Below are positions 26,418 to 36,017 of a stretch of 37,464 bases of DNA, one piece after another; the stretch's first letter is position 1, and every line of letters starts with the position of its first letter. The notes below the pieces were generated by a model. The model saw nothing but the letters and a program-made list of their open reading frames with translations. It was not told the DNA's origin and did no database searches. Made by a program: the position numbers and the translations under genes. Source of the stretch: Caldisericaceae bacterium (lineage in GTDB: Bacteria > Caldisericota > Caldisericia > Caldisericales > Caldisericaceae); the NCBI GenBank assembly GCA_021161495.1, contig JAGHAO010000079.1, positions 1-37,464 of the forward strand, written 5' to 3'.

Positions 26418-27140
26418 TTACCTCTTTTCGGCAATCGCTTTTAATTTCTCGATATTCTCTTTGAGGCGCCTTCTTAGGGGTTCTCCGTCGTTTGTGGTAA
26501 CATCGTCTTCATTTTCAAAAACAACATAAGGGACTTTTATTCCTTTAATCGTAATAAACTCCGGGTCATTTCCCTTAAACTCGTCCCAGTCGATTTCCTT
26601 GTAAAGTTTTGTAAGTTTTTCGTCACTCAAAGAATGATGCAGAATGCTATCCGGTCTTGTAGGATCAAACCTTCTTCTGTTTTTTCTCAAGGATTCCTCA
26701 AAAGAGACATTGATGTAAAGAATGGAGCCTCTCCTGAGAAGTTCTTCGGAAACGTGCTGAAACGCCTCCTTGTAACCTCCGTGTTCCTTGCCGCGAGAGA
26801 ATTCGACAAGCGCCGTATAATCGGAAAGATAGTTGGGAATATCTCTCTTGTGCTTTTCAAATTCAAGAGATATCCTTTCTATGAGTAAATCCCATAAATA
26901 CTGATATTTGAAGTATCCGTCTTCCGTCGTGTGAAGGCGAGGCTTGTGCAGTTTGTTGGCAAGAATGTCGTCTTCCTCGTACCACGTCCAGAGCATAGGG
27001 AAATCGTCAATCTCGTCGATTTTCCCCATATAAAATTCTTTTCTTCTTTCTTCGTCGCTCAATTTGAGCAGAAAATCGATTATTTCGGACTTTCCGGCGG
27101 CAGGCCTGCCAAGCAAAAAAATCACGTCGAATTTTTCCAT
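26418..27140 (-). CDS. P-loop NTPase/kinase-fold protein, family not assigned
   Basis: 240 aa with Walker A LGRPAAGKSE near the N-terminus. SD GGAGG lies 9 nt upstream of ATG 27140. It has an arginine-rich segment (SLRKNRRRFDPTRPD). I do not recognise a named family with confidence. Confidence 0.6.
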   Translation of the reverse strand: MEKFDVIFLLGRPAAGKSEIIDFLLKLSDEERRKEFYMGKIDEIDDFPMLWTWYEEDDILANKLHKPRLHTTEDGYFKYQYLWDLLIERISLEFEKHKRDIPNYLSDYTALVEFSRGKEHGGYKEAFQHVSEELLRRGSILYINVSFEESLRKNRRRFDPTRPDSILHHSLSDEKLTKLYKEIDWDEFKGNDPEFITIKGIKVPYVVFENEDDVTTNDGEPLRRRLKENIEKLKAIAEKR

Positions 27141-27299
27141 ATCCTATTACCTCCTTGCATTTTATAATAATTTATTCGGGTTATTTTGCAATACGTGTTA
27201 ATTTTACACAATATGAAATAAAATTCCTATTTTATAAGTTTGAAACAAACTCTTTGAAACTCTTCTCCACGCAAATTGCAAACCGGAAATGGAAAAAGT

Positions 27300-27328
27300 T
27301 TGTAAATTCCAAAAAACAGTTGTAGAAT
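27300..27328 (+). promoter_or_regulatory. Putative sigma70-type promoter for the 660-aa envelope protein gene
   Basis: TTGTAA (27300-05), 17-nt spacer, TAGAAT (27323-28), 38 nt upstream of ATG 27366. Pattern match only. Confidence 0.45.
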
Positions 27329-27365
27329 TGGTTGGATTGAAATCAAGAATAAAATGGAGGCTTAT

Positions 27366-29348
27366 ATGAAAAAGCGGGCTTTATTGCTTATTATTCTTGT
27401 TTTACTTTTTTCCTTTGCTACATCCCCTGTTTCGATGTCGAAAATCGCTTACGCAGATGCGGCACCCGTATTTTTAGGCGGAGTGAATATTTGCCCGTAT
27501 AATGAAAACAATATTTCACTCAAAAGAGAAGACTTACTCATTAAAATCTCCGAAAAATCGGGAACATACGATGAAGGAGACGCATACGTGGATGCAAAAT
27601 TCGTTTTTACAAACACCGGCGATAAAGAAACGATAAAAATGGGATTTCCGTTCGGGCTTGCGAAAAAAAGAGGTTTCAACCAACCTTATCTGTCAACCGC
27701 AAAAGTAAAAATAAACGGTAAAGAAATAATTCCCAAGCACATAATGTCGGAATCCGGAGAATTCGATCCCTGGATATATTTCAACGTTTCTTTCGAAAAA
27801 GGAGAAACCAAAACCGTGGAAGTTAGTTATAATATCATTCCCGCTTACGGAATGCTTTTATACATTTTGAAAACCGGCGCACTCTGGAAAGGGCCGATAG
27901 GAATTCTCAACATAGAAATAGATTTCCCGTACAATTTGAGCAATTTCAACCTTTTCAGGGTAAAACCCGAAGGGTATGCAATAAAAGGCAACAAAATTTT
28001 ATACCGATTTACAAATTACGAGCCTCAATCAAACATAGAAATCGAATTTCTCCCTCTTGATTTTTACGAAAAAGTAGCGCCCTCAAAGGCCAAAGCGGAA
28101 AAAACGAATAACCCGGACGATTGGTTTAACTATGCTTTTGCGCTTTTCTCTCAAAACCCGTTCAATCCGCTCGGATTTATGCCGAGATTCGTATCGTACT
28201 ATCGAACGGATAAATTCGGAGAATATACGGAAAGCGTGCTAAACAAAGCGATTGAGTTGCAAAAGCCGGGAAGCGTAAATTACAAGATACTTAAAGCGAT
28301 TCACACCGCGCACTTTACGACAAACAAACAGTTTGACAAAGGGTACGACATACTTTCGGATATTTGCGGAAATTCAATCGATTGGTATTTACCGAACAAA
28401 GCCCTTAATATTTTCGGAAGTGATGTGGAATCTCCGCAGAACGAGCTCGAAGCAAGTATCATCGCAAGAACGTTGGAATACGAAATATATGCCTCCGTAA
28501 AGCAAAACAACTTTGAAAAAGCACTCAAATATTTCGATATACTGCAAAATGTGGCAAACAAATTTCCGAATTTCAGCAAGCCTCACAACGAAATTTCGCC
28601 TATTCCGTCAAACGAAATAAATCCAAATTTTAACAGCAATTTACGCCTTACCGCTTTGCCATTCAAAGAATGTTTTATACCATCGGTAAAAATAAAAAAT
28701 AATACAATATACGCATATTACACTCTTCCCTGCTCCGAAACCGCAATTCTTAAAGGGTTAAGAACTCAGATAATCAAAGATTACGTTCTGCAAACAAAAT
28801 TCGATAGCGCACCTCCGTATTCGTTCGTTGCAACAATAATCCTTCCAACAAATAACAAAGAAAAATTCACCGAGGCAAAAAGAGAGTTCACCAAAAAACT
28901 CGGCAAAATCGCCTCTGCACCCGATGAATACGATGCAGGAAAAACATACGAATTCTTAAATATTTATATTCCGAAGATTTTGGAGAATATATCGCTCGAA
29001 AACAGCAAATTAAAAATAAATAACGAATGTATCGACTGCACCGACGCGGTTCAAGCGGGATTGAAAAGATTGAAAGCCGAAGAGGATAAAATCTCGGCAT
29101 TCGGAAAAGGACCGGACGGAAACCTTGCGGAAAATTTGTTGATATATCTCAAAAAGAACGAAGATTATTTCAAATATGCGCAGGAAAATCCGAAAATTTG
29201 TTTTGCATACGAATCAACCGATACGTCCGCGCCCAAAAAGAGTATTCCGCTGACTGTAATCCTTGGCGGAATAATCGGGATTTTGCTTTTAATAATCGTC
29301 GTCTTTGCAGTAAAATACGGCAAAACACAAAGGAGCAAACTAACTTAA
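27366..29348 (+). CDS. Large secreted, C-terminally membrane-anchored hypothetical protein
   Basis: About 660 aa from ATG 27366 (GGAGG 5 nt upstream; the ATG at 27354 has no SD). It has a signal peptide (KKRALLLIILVLLFSFATSPVSMSKIAYA), a beta-rich N-terminal region and a helical-repeat-like middle. The C-terminal TM is IPLTVILGGIIGILLLIIVVFAV, followed by a basic tail. Confidence 0.7.
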   Translation: MKKRALLLIILVLLFSFATSPVSMSKIAYADAAPVFLGGVNICPYNENNISLKREDLLIKISEKSGTYDEGDAYVDAKFVFTNTGDKETIKMGFPFGLAKKRGFNQPYLSTAKVKINGKEIIPKHIMSESGEFDPWIYFNVSFEKGETKTVEVSYNIIPAYGMLLYILKTGALWKGPIGILNIEIDFPYNLSNFNLFRVKPEGYAIKGNKILYRFTNYEPQSNIEIEFLPLDFYEKVAPSKAKAEKTNNPDDWFNYAFALFSQNPFNPLGFMPRFVSYYRTDKFGEYTESVLNKAIELQKPGSVNYKILKAIHTAHFTTNKQFDKGYDILSDICGNSIDWYLPNKALNIFGSDVESPQNELEASIIARTLEYEIYASVKQNNFEKALKYFDILQNVANKFPNFSKPHNEISPIPSNEINPNFNSNLRLTALPFKECFIPSVKIKNNTIYAYYTLPCSETAILKGLRTQIIKDYVLQTKFDSAPPYSFVATIILPTNNKEKFTEAKREFTKKLGKIASAPDEYDAGKTYEFLNIYIPKILENISLENSKLKINNECIDCTDAVQAGLKRLKAEEDKISAFGKGPDGNLAENLLIYLKKNEDYFKYAQENPKICFAYESTDTSAPKKSIPLTVILGGIIGILLLIIVVFAVKYGKTQRSKLT

Positions 29349-29563
29349 ATAGACAAAATACAGTAAGAAATCCTATCGTTAAAAAATTGAGCCGAACATA
29401 AATCATAAATGGCACTTATTCGTCAAAATCTCTATTTGTAATAAAGATTTAGGGTTAAAAACTGTGAAATCAAAATCGCACAAATGGAATGTTCCCTGAA
29501 ATTTAATTTTCAAAAAGCAAATCCTGAAATGTAAAATTATAAACAAATCCTTTGTTTATTCCA

Positions 29564-29589
29564 CTTTCAATATCCGGTCTTTAACTCAT
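29564..29589. repeat. Copy 1 of bipartite motif CTTTCAAT-N11-AACTCAT
   Basis: Exact match of both half-sites and spacing with 29742-29767, 178 bp away. Weaker similarity continues about 25 nt downstream (..ATAA.C.CCG..TTCTT). Confidence 0.35.
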
Positions 29590-29741
29590 TTACGATAACT
29601 CCGGTTTTCTTTTTAGAAACCATAAAAAAACGCGATAAATATTGAGGTTTTAAGAACTTATGCCGTTCATCGGACATTTTTCGAAACTCAACTTTTGTCT
29701 TTGGAAAATCGGAAAATTAAACTTCGCTTAAATAAACGATT

Positions 29742-29767
29742 CTTTCAATTATTACCTTCTAACTCAT
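29742..29767. repeat. Copy 2 of bipartite motif CTTTCAAT-N11-AACTCAT
   Basis: See copy 1. Both copies lie inside the 715-bp gene-less gap. Confidence 0.35.
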
Positions 29768-30063
29768 AATTCAATAAACCCGCATTCTTCCGTGACACCC
29801 CTAAGAAACCCCGATTAATACTAACAAAAAACATAGCATTTATTTGCGTTTTACGAGACAAAATGGATAATTCCCGTATAAAAATACGCCCCGAACCGAA
29901 AATCCGCAAATTTGACCCGTTTCCGTATGCGTGCAAAAGGCACTGTTCATCAATGTTTATTAATGATTATTGTAAAACGGCTCTAAATACGACATTTTAC
30001 TCTTTACGGTAAACGACAAACACACATAATCGGGCAATAAGTTATGCAAAATTAAGTATATAA

Positions 30064-31506
30064 CTAATTTTTTACAGTTGCAACTTTCAGAAGATCCGTG
30101 CTTCCGCTTATTCCCGTATGCGAACCTGCGGTAATAACCACCGCATCCCCTGATTTTGCAATTCCCTTTTCTTTCACTATTTTAACCGCTTTTTCCAGGA
30201 TTTCGTCCACGGTTTTAAACGCTTTTACTTTCACAGGTATTACTCCCCATTTCAACGTGAGATATTTGAGCGTCTGCTCTCTGGGGGTAATTGCTATTAC
30301 GGGAACATCCGGCTTGTACTTTGAAACAAGCAGTGCGGTTCTTCCGGATTCGGTTGCCGTTATTATCACCTTTGCGTTTACGTTTTCGGCGATTTTATTC
30401 GCTGATAATGCAATTGCTTCGGATATGCTGTTTCCTTCGATTTTATCTTTTTTGCTTTTAAGGAATCTTTTAAAAATAGTGCTTTTTTCCGTATTTTTAA
30501 TGACTCTCCGCATTACGGAGACACTCTCTACGGGAAATTTTCCTACCGCTGTTTCGTTAGAAAGCATAACGGCATCCGTCCCGTCAAAAATTGCATTTGC
30601 GATGTCTGTTACTTCCGCCCTTGTGGGAGTAGGGTTTTCTATCATCGAATTAAGCATTTGCGTGGCAGTTATTACAGGTTTCCCTTTTCTATTGGACATA
30701 GAAATTATTTTCTTCTGTATTATGGGTACCTGCTCAATAGGCATTTCCACACCCAAATCTCCACGCGCAACCATTATGCCATCCGAAACCTCCACGATGC
30801 TTTCCAAATTTTCAACTGCTTCCCATTTTTCTATTTTGGATATTATCGGCACCACTCTACCGTATTTTTTCATCAAATTTCTCAATTCTTCCACTTCGTC
30901 GGGAGATTTCACAAACGAAAGCGCTACAAGATCCACCCCGTGCTTCAATCCGAATTGCAAATCCTTTTTATCTTTTTCCGTAATTGCAGGAACGGAAAGC
31001 CTCGTATTCGGAAAGTTTACTCCTTTGTGGTCGCTGATTTCTCCGCCTTCGATTACTTTCGTGTAAATATTTTCTTTGTCAATTCTTTCTATTTTCAGTT
31101 TTATCAACCCGTCGTTTATATAAATTATTTCACCCGGAGAAACGTCTTTTATTACCGCCGGAAAGGTTATTGATGCAATATGTTCGTCTCCTATTATTTC
31201 CTTTGTCGTGAGAATAAATTCCGCTCCTCGATTTAAAACTGCCTTTCCGTTTTTAATCTTTCCAAGCCTGATTTTCGGGCCTTGAAGATCCTGAAGTATT
31301 GCAACCGGAAAATCAAATCTGCCGGTAATTTGCTTTATTCTTTCAATTATTTCGGAGTGTTCGTTCTCGGTTCCGTGAGAGAAATTTATCCTGAAAATAT
31401 CCACCCCCGCCTTTACAAGGGCTTCTATTTTTTCGGGCGTTGTTGTTGCAGGCCCTAATGTTGCTACAATTTTGGTTTTACATTCGGTTATTCTTCTTAG
31501 AGTCAT
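30064..31506 (-). CDS. pyk: Pyruvate kinase
   Basis: 480 aa with [32 protein letters not shown] and the C-terminal allosteric domain. SD AAGGAGA is present. The start overlaps the dnaJ 3' end by 29 nt. Confidence 0.92.
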   Translation of the reverse strand: MTLRRITECKTKIVATLGPATTTPEKIEALVKAGVDIFRINFSHGTENEHSEIIERIKQITGRFDFPVAILQDLQGPKIRLGKIKNGKAVLNRGAEFILTTKEIIGDEHIASITFPAVIKDVSPGEIIYINDGLIKLKIERIDKENIYTKVIEGGEISDHKGVNFPNTRLSVPAITEKDKKDLQFGLKHGVDLVALSFVKSPDEVEELRNLMKKYGRVVPIISKIEKWEAVENLESIVEVSDGIMVARGDLGVEMPIEQVPIIQKKIISMSNRKGKPVITATQMLNSMIENPTPTRAEVTDIANAIFDGTDAVMLSNETAVGKFPVESVSVMRRVIKNTEKSTIFKRFLKSKKDKIEGNSISEAIALSANKIAENVNAKVIITATESGRTALLVSKYKPDVPVIAITPREQTLKYLTLKWGVIPVKVKAFKTVDEILEKAVKIVKEKGIAKSGDAVVITAGSHTGISGSTDLLKVATVKN

Positions 31507-32614
31507 ATATCTCCTTCAATTTTTCTATTAATAATACTTCTTCTTGGGACGGATTAGTGGGTATATCCACTTGAATTTTAACAATCAAATCCCCACGTCG
31601 CCTGCTTCCGATTATGTACGCACCTCTCCCCGGAATTCTGAATTCCATCCCGTTTTGTGTTCCGGGAGGTATTCTCAGGGTCTCATAACCGCCTTCTATG
31701 AGAGGTATCTGAACTGTTGTTCCGAGCACCGCATCCGGGAAAGTAATGTGAGCGGTATAGTAAAGTTTGTCTCCCTCTCTTCTGAATACGGGATCCTCCG
31801 CAACCTTTATCCTGACGTACAAATCTCCGCGCGGCCCTCCGTGCAAACCAGCATTGCCTTGCCCTTTGACTCTTACACGCGTTCCGGTGTCCACTCCCGC
31901 AGGAATTTTAACTTCGACGGTTTTTGTTTCGGTAACTATACCGGTTCCGCCGCAAGTGTGGCATTTTGCTTTCGGAACTCTGCCCGTGCCGTGACAGGTA
32001 GGACAGGTAGACTGAACAACAAATTCTCCGAATATCGAGCGTTGCACTTTTCTTATAACCCCACTGCCTTTACAGGTAGGGCAGGTCATATATCCCGCAC
32101 CGGGCTCCACTCCCGTGCCTTTGCAAGTGGGACAAACTTCCTTTCTCGTTATGGTGATATCCTTTTTAGTGCCGAGTACCGCTTCTTTCAGGGTGACCGT
32201 AAGAGGGACTTCGATATCTTCGCCTCTCGTGGGCCGGTTTGCTTCTTCCCGGCTTTCGTAGGTTGCCCTTCTTGCTCCGCCGAACCCTCCGAAGCCAAAA
32301 TTCCTCAGAATTTCGTCAAGGTCAAAGAAGTCTCCTCCACCACCGAATCCGAAGTCGCTAAAATCAAATCCTGCACTTCCTCCGGGTGCACCTTGCGCAC
32401 CGACCGAGCCGAACCTATCGTATTGGGCCCTTTTTTCCGGATTGCTCAAGACTTCATAGGCCTCGTTAATCTCGGCCATTCTCTTTGCCGCCTCCGGATC
32501 GTTTTTATGCAAATCCGGGTGGTATTTCATTACCAATTCCCTGTACCTTTTTTTAATTTCATCAGGAGAGGCGTCCCGAGGGACGCCTAATATTTCATAG
32601 TAATCTTTTGCCAT
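31478..32614 (-). CDS. dnaJ: Molecular chaperone DnaJ
   Basis: 378 aa. It has a J domain with HPD (KYHPDLHKN), a G/F-rich linker and four CxxCxGxG repeats ([32 protein letters not shown]). Confidence 0.95.
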   Translation of the reverse strand: MAKDYYEILGVPRDASPDEIKKRYRELVMKYHPDLHKNDPEAAKRMAEINEAYEVLSNPEKRAQYDRFGSVGAQGAPGGSAGFDFSDFGFGGGGDFFDLDEILRNFGFGGFGGARRATYESREEANRPTRGEDIEVPLTVTLKEAVLGTKKDITITRKEVCPTCKGTGVEPGAGYMTCPTCKGSGVIRKVQRSIFGEFVVQSTCPTCHGTGRVPKAKCHTCGGTGIVTETKTVEVKIPAGVDTGTRVRVKGQGNAGLHGGPRGDLYVRIKVAEDPVFRREGDKLYYTAHITFPDAVLGTTVQIPLIEGGYETLRIPPGTQNGMEFRIPGRGAYIIGSRRRGDLIVKIQVDIPTNPSQEEVLLIEKLKEIYDSKKNNRM

Positions 32615-32620
32615 AGTTTT

Positions 32621-34477
32621 TTACTGTTTTGTCGTTCCTTCTCCTTCCACGGTCGGACCCTCGCCGTTATTCCCTTTGCCTCCGGCTCCTTTGGTTCCGG
32701 CCGCACCGCCGGGAGGAGGTGTTTGCCCGCCGCTCGCTTTGTACATTTCCGTGCCTATCTTTTCCATTAATTCGTTTACCTTATCCGTCTTTGCTTTTAT
32801 TGTATCTATATTACCTTCTTTTACAGCTTTTTCAAGTTCATTTAACGCATCCTCAAGAGATTTTTTATTTTCTGCACTTATTTTATTACCGTAATCTTTC
32901 AGGAATTTCCTTCCGCTGTAAACAAGTGTATCCGCTTTGTTTTTCGTTTCTATTTCTTCGGCACGTTTCTTATCCGCTTCCGCATATTTTTCGGCCTCTT
33001 TTTTCAATCTTTCGATTTCTTCTTTGGACAGTTTATTGCTATTTGTAATCGTTATATGCTGCTCTTTACCGGTTGCTTTGTCCTTTGCCGTTACGTGCAG
33101 GATTCCGTTTTCATCTACTGCATAAGTTACCTCAATTTGAGGCACACCTCTCGGAGCAGGCGGAATTCCGTCAAGGATAAATCTGCCTAAAGAGAGATTG
33201 TCTTTCGCAAGCGGCCTTTCACCCTGTAAAACGTGAATTTCAACCTGCGTTTGGTTGTCCGCCGCAGTAGTAAATATCTGTGTTTTTGACGTAGGAATCG
33301 GTGAGTTTCTCTCTATCATCTTGGTGAACATACCACCGAGTGTTTCGATACCGAGAGAAAGAGGAACAACATCCACAAGTACGACATTTTTAACGTTACC
33401 TTCTATAATACCTGCCTGAATTGCCGCTCCCATTGCCACACATTCCATAGGATCGATGCCTCTTTCCGGCTCTTTTCCGATGTAATCGGCTACAAATTTT
33501 TGAACAATAGGCATACGAGTGGGCCCCCCAACAAGGATGATCTTATCAATCTGCTGAGGAGTGAGCCCTGCATCCTTTATCGCCCTCTCCATCGGCCCGG
33601 CGCATTTCTTTACAATTGGCTCCACAAGTGATTCGAGTTTTGCCCTTGTAATATTCATTACAAGGTGTTTAGGCCCGTTTGCGTCCGCGGTTATGAACGG
33701 AAGGTTTATCTGCGTTTCGAGAACGGACGAAAGTTCTATTTTCGCCTTTTCCGCAGCCTCTCTGATTCTCTGCATTGCCATCTTATCCTGTGTAAGATCA
33801 ATACCGTTTTCTTTTTTGAACTCTTCTACGATATAGTTTACCAGTGCTTCGTCCATATCCCTACCGCCGAGATGCGTATCTCCCGCGGTGGATTTAACCT
33901 GGAATACGCCTCCGCCAAAATCCATAATGGTAACGTCAAGAGTTCCTCCGCCAAAGTCAAATACGAGGATTTTCAATTCTTTATCCGATCTGTCTATGCC
34001 GTAAGCAAAAGCAGCCGCAGTAGGTTCGTTTACCAGCCTTACTACCTCAAGGCCTGCAATTTCCCCTGCGTTCTTGGTTGCCTGCCTCTGGTCATCGTTG
34101 AAATAAGCGGGAACCGTAATTACCGCCTTCTCGACTTTTTCTCCGAGAAACGCTTCCGCATCTTTCTTAATCTTTTGAAGTATAAACGCAGAAATTTGTT
34201 CCGGAGTGTATTCTTTGCCAAAGACTTTGATCTTTGTTTTTGTTCCCATTAACCTCTTTACACCGGTTACCGTGCCTTCAGGGTTAATTGCCGCCTGTCT
34301 TCTTGCAGGCTCTCCCACGAGGATTTGCCCGTCTTTCGTGAATGCGACAACGGAAGGCACTGTTTTGCCGGCCACTGTCGGTCCTTCGGCTGCCGGTATA
34401 ATTGTGGGTTTTCCGCCTATCATAACGGCTGCCGCCGAATTACTCGTTCCTAAGTCAATTCCTATAATTCTACTCAT
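32621..34477 (-). CDS. dnaK: Molecular chaperone DnaK (Hsp70)
   Basis: [19 protein letters not shown] and VGGPTRMP are present. I prefer ATG 34477 ([11 protein letters not shown]; SD AAGGAGG 8 nt upstream) to the track start at 34525. Confidence 0.95.
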   Translation of the reverse strand: MSRIIGIDLGTSNSAAAVMIGGKPTIIPAAEGPTVAGKTVPSVVAFTKDGQILVGEPARRQAAINPEGTVTGVKRLMGTKTKIKVFGKEYTPEQISAFILQKIKKDAEAFLGEKVEKAVITVPAYFNDDQRQATKNAGEIAGLEVVRLVNEPTAAAFAYGIDRSDKELKILVFDFGGGTLDVTIMDFGGGVFQVKSTAGDTHLGGRDMDEALVNYIVEEFKKENGIDLTQDKMAMQRIREAAEKAKIELSSVLETQINLPFITADANGPKHLVMNITRAKLESLVEPIVKKCAGPMERAIKDAGLTPQQIDKIILVGGPTRMPIVQKFVADYIGKEPERGIDPMECVAMGAAIQAGIIEGNVKNVVLVDVVPLSLGIETLGGMFTKMIERNSPIPTSKTQIFTTAADNQTQVEIHVLQGERPLAKDNLSLGRFILDGIPPAPRGVPQIEVTYAVDENGILHVTAKDKATGKEQHITITNSNKLSKEEIERLKKEAEKYAEADKKRAEEIETKNKADTLVYSGRKFLKDYGNKISAENKKSLEDALNELEKAVKEGNIDTIKAKTDKVNELMEKIGTEMYKASGGQTPPPGGAAGTKGAGGKGNNGEGPTVEGEGTTKQ

Positions 34478-35069
34478 TGCTATCGCCTCCTTTGCTTTCT
34501 TTTTTGGTTTTTTCGTCGGGAACAACTACCGAAACCACAGCGGGCCTCAGCAATTCTTCCCCGAGATAATATCCTTTTCTCAAAACCTTCACTATCGTAT
34601 TGGGTTTTTCTTTATTCGTCCTGACAACTTCCCCTATCTCACATAGAGAAGGATCAAATGTTTTACCTGTCAGATCGACTTCTTTAACTCCCTGCTTTTT
34701 AAGGAAGTTGTCAATCTGCGAATGTATAAGCCGAATTCCTGTTTTTGTATCAGAAGATTCGGTATCTTCCATTGCCGAGAGTGCTCTCTCGAAATTATCA
34801 AAAATTTCGAGAAATTCTTTTATCAGGCTCTTTTTCGCCTGGTTAATTTTCTGTTCGGCTTGCTTTTCTATTGTTGCCTGTTCTTTTCTAAATCTTTCTT
34901 TGAGTTTAATTAATTCTATTTTAAGGTTTTCTATTTCGTTTTCTTTTTTTTCTATTTCTTCGTTTTTTTCCTTGAGAGCCTTTACAAGCTCGTCGATTTT
35001 CTCCCGATTTTCGTTTTCTTTTATCTTTTTAGAGGCATTAACCTCTTTTTTTTCGCTCTTTTCTCCCAT
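34470..35069 (-). CDS. grpE: Nucleotide exchange factor GrpE
   Basis: About 199 aa from ATG 35069 (SD GGAGGTGA). It has a long charged coiled-coil N-terminus and a GrpE C-terminal domain ([24 protein letters not shown]). Its stop overlaps the dnaK start by 8 nt. Confidence 0.9.
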   Translation of the reverse strand: MGEKSEKKEVNASKKIKENENREKIDELVKALKEKNEEIEKKENEIENLKIELIKLKERFRKEQATIEKQAEQKINQAKKSLIKEFLEIFDNFERALSAMEDTESSDTKTGIRLIHSQIDNFLKKQGVKEVDLTGKTFDPSLCEIGEVVRTNKEKPNTIVKVLRKGYYLGEELLRPAVVSVVVPDEKTKKESKGGDSNE

Positions 35070-35080
35070 TTTCACCTCCG

Positions 35081-35107
35081 TTAGCACTCCCAACATTCGA
35101 CTGCTAA
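35081..35107 (-). promoter_or_regulatory. CIRCE operator (HrcA binding site)
   Basis: TTAGCACTC-CCAACATTC-GACTGCTAA versus consensus TTAGCACTC-N9-GAGTGCTAA (one mismatch). It lies between the putative -10 and the grpE SD. Confidence 0.85.
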
Positions 35108-35108
35108 T

Positions 35109-35136
35109 AATTTAGCAAAAATTAAATTTTTGTCAA
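35109..35136 (-). promoter_or_regulatory. Putative sigma70-type promoter of the grpE-dnaK-dnaJ operon
   Basis: Minus strand TTGACA (35136-31), 16-nt spacer, TAAATT (35114-09), directly abutting CIRCE. Confidence 0.55.
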
Positions 35137-35219
35137 GAGTTTAGGAATTTTAACATTGGAAAATCACATTTTTATTTTTGGATTGAAAGAATTATAATTA
35201 GACAAAGAGGAGGTGGGAT

Positions 35220-36017
35220 ATGAAAATACGAGAAGCTGCAGTTGCAGGAGCATTCTATCCCGACGATAGAGATGAATTAAAACTTACGGTGAGAAAGTTT
35301 TTAGACAATGCCGAACTTTTTCATCTGCCCGGACTGAAGATCATCGTTTCTCCGCATGCAGGATATATATATTCCGGCCCTATCGCAGCATACAGTTACA
35401 AACAACTCTATAACCTCGACAGAAGTAAACGATGGACTGTTTTTCTTGTCGGCCCTTCACATTATACTTATTTTAGCGGTGCTTCGGTGGGAGTATTCGA
35501 ACTTTACAAAACTCCAACGGGCTTAGTAACCGTTTCTCCCGTTTCAAAGATGCTGCTCTCCGAGGAAGGTTTTCATTTCATTCTCGAAGCACACATAGAA
35601 GAACACTGCCTTGAAGTTCAGCTTCCTTTCCTACAGTATGTACTGCCGAGGTTCGAAATTGTCCCTATCATCTTTTCGGAAATTTCTTATGAATATCTTG
35701 CAATGGTATTAGAAAAATATCAGACAGAAAATTCGCTAATTGTGGTTAGTTCGGACCTGAGTCACTACTATCCTTATGAAATAGCACGCAAAATTGACTC
35801 TCGCTGTAATTCCGCAGTAAAAAACCTTGATGTTTCGGAACTCGATCAATGCGAAGCGTGCGGAAAGACAGGCATTGCTGCCGCCATTTATCTTGCTAAG
35901 AAAAACAAATGGAAGAGTAAGATTTTAAAATACGCAACGAGCGGCGATACCGCGGGTCCGAAAAATCAGGTGGTAGGATATGGCGCATACGCATTTTACG
36001 GAGGTGAAAATGTATGA
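35220..36017 (+). CDS. amrB: AmmeMemoRadiSam system protein B (MEMO1-like)
   Basis: 265 aa with SD GAGGAGGTGG. It has AGAFYP, SPHAGYIYSGPIAAYSY, the SDLSHY motif and a C-terminal VGYGAYAF. Confidence 0.85.
   Translation: MKIREAAVAGAFYPDDRDELKLTVRKFLDNAELFHLPGLKIIVSPHAGYIYSGPIAAYSYKQLYNLDRSKRWTVFLVGPSHYTYFSGASVGVFELYKTPTGLVTVSPVSKMLLSEEGFHFILEAHIEEHCLEVQLPFLQYVLPRFEIVPIIFSEISYEYLAMVLEKYQTENSLIVVSSDLSHYYPYEIARKIDSRCNSAVKNLDVSELDQCEACGKTGIAAAIYLAKKNKWKSKILKYATSGDTAGPKNQVVGYGAYAFYGGENV

Noticed and set aside
29745-29936. 63-aa minus-strand ORF inside the gap
   Set aside because: It has a TTG start, no SD and no recognisable motif, and it is surrounded by stop-dense frames.
29349-30063. Replication origin or dif-type recombination site in the AT-rich gap
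   Set aside because: There is only one near-DnaA-box word (ATGGATAA at about 29863), no box cluster and no dnaA/dnaN context. I could find no XerCD-type 11-6-11 palindrome. The evidence is insufficient.
30098-31066. 322-aa ORF antisense to pyk (plus a 171-aa ORF at 30658-31173)
   Set aside because: It has a GTG start without SD, and its S/T/F/I-rich composition mirrors the K/E/I/V-rich sense protein. The sense gene has few Tyr, His or Gln codons in contexts that would create stops in this frame. Its openness is somewhat surprising statistically, but nothing else supports coding.
31544-32590. 348-aa ORF antisense to almost the whole of dnaJ
   Set aside because: It is in the codon-aligned antisense frame, where stops arise only from sense TTA, CTA or TCA codons. 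dnaJ simply avoids these codons, and the first TTA, at codon 9, is exactly where the antisense frame closes. There is no SD, the start is TTG, and the product is low-complexity. This is a codon-bias artefact.
32629-34646. Series of 62-195-aa ORFs antisense to dnaK
   Set aside because: This is the well-known spurious antisense openness of hsp70 genes. The frames are fragmented and have no translation signals.
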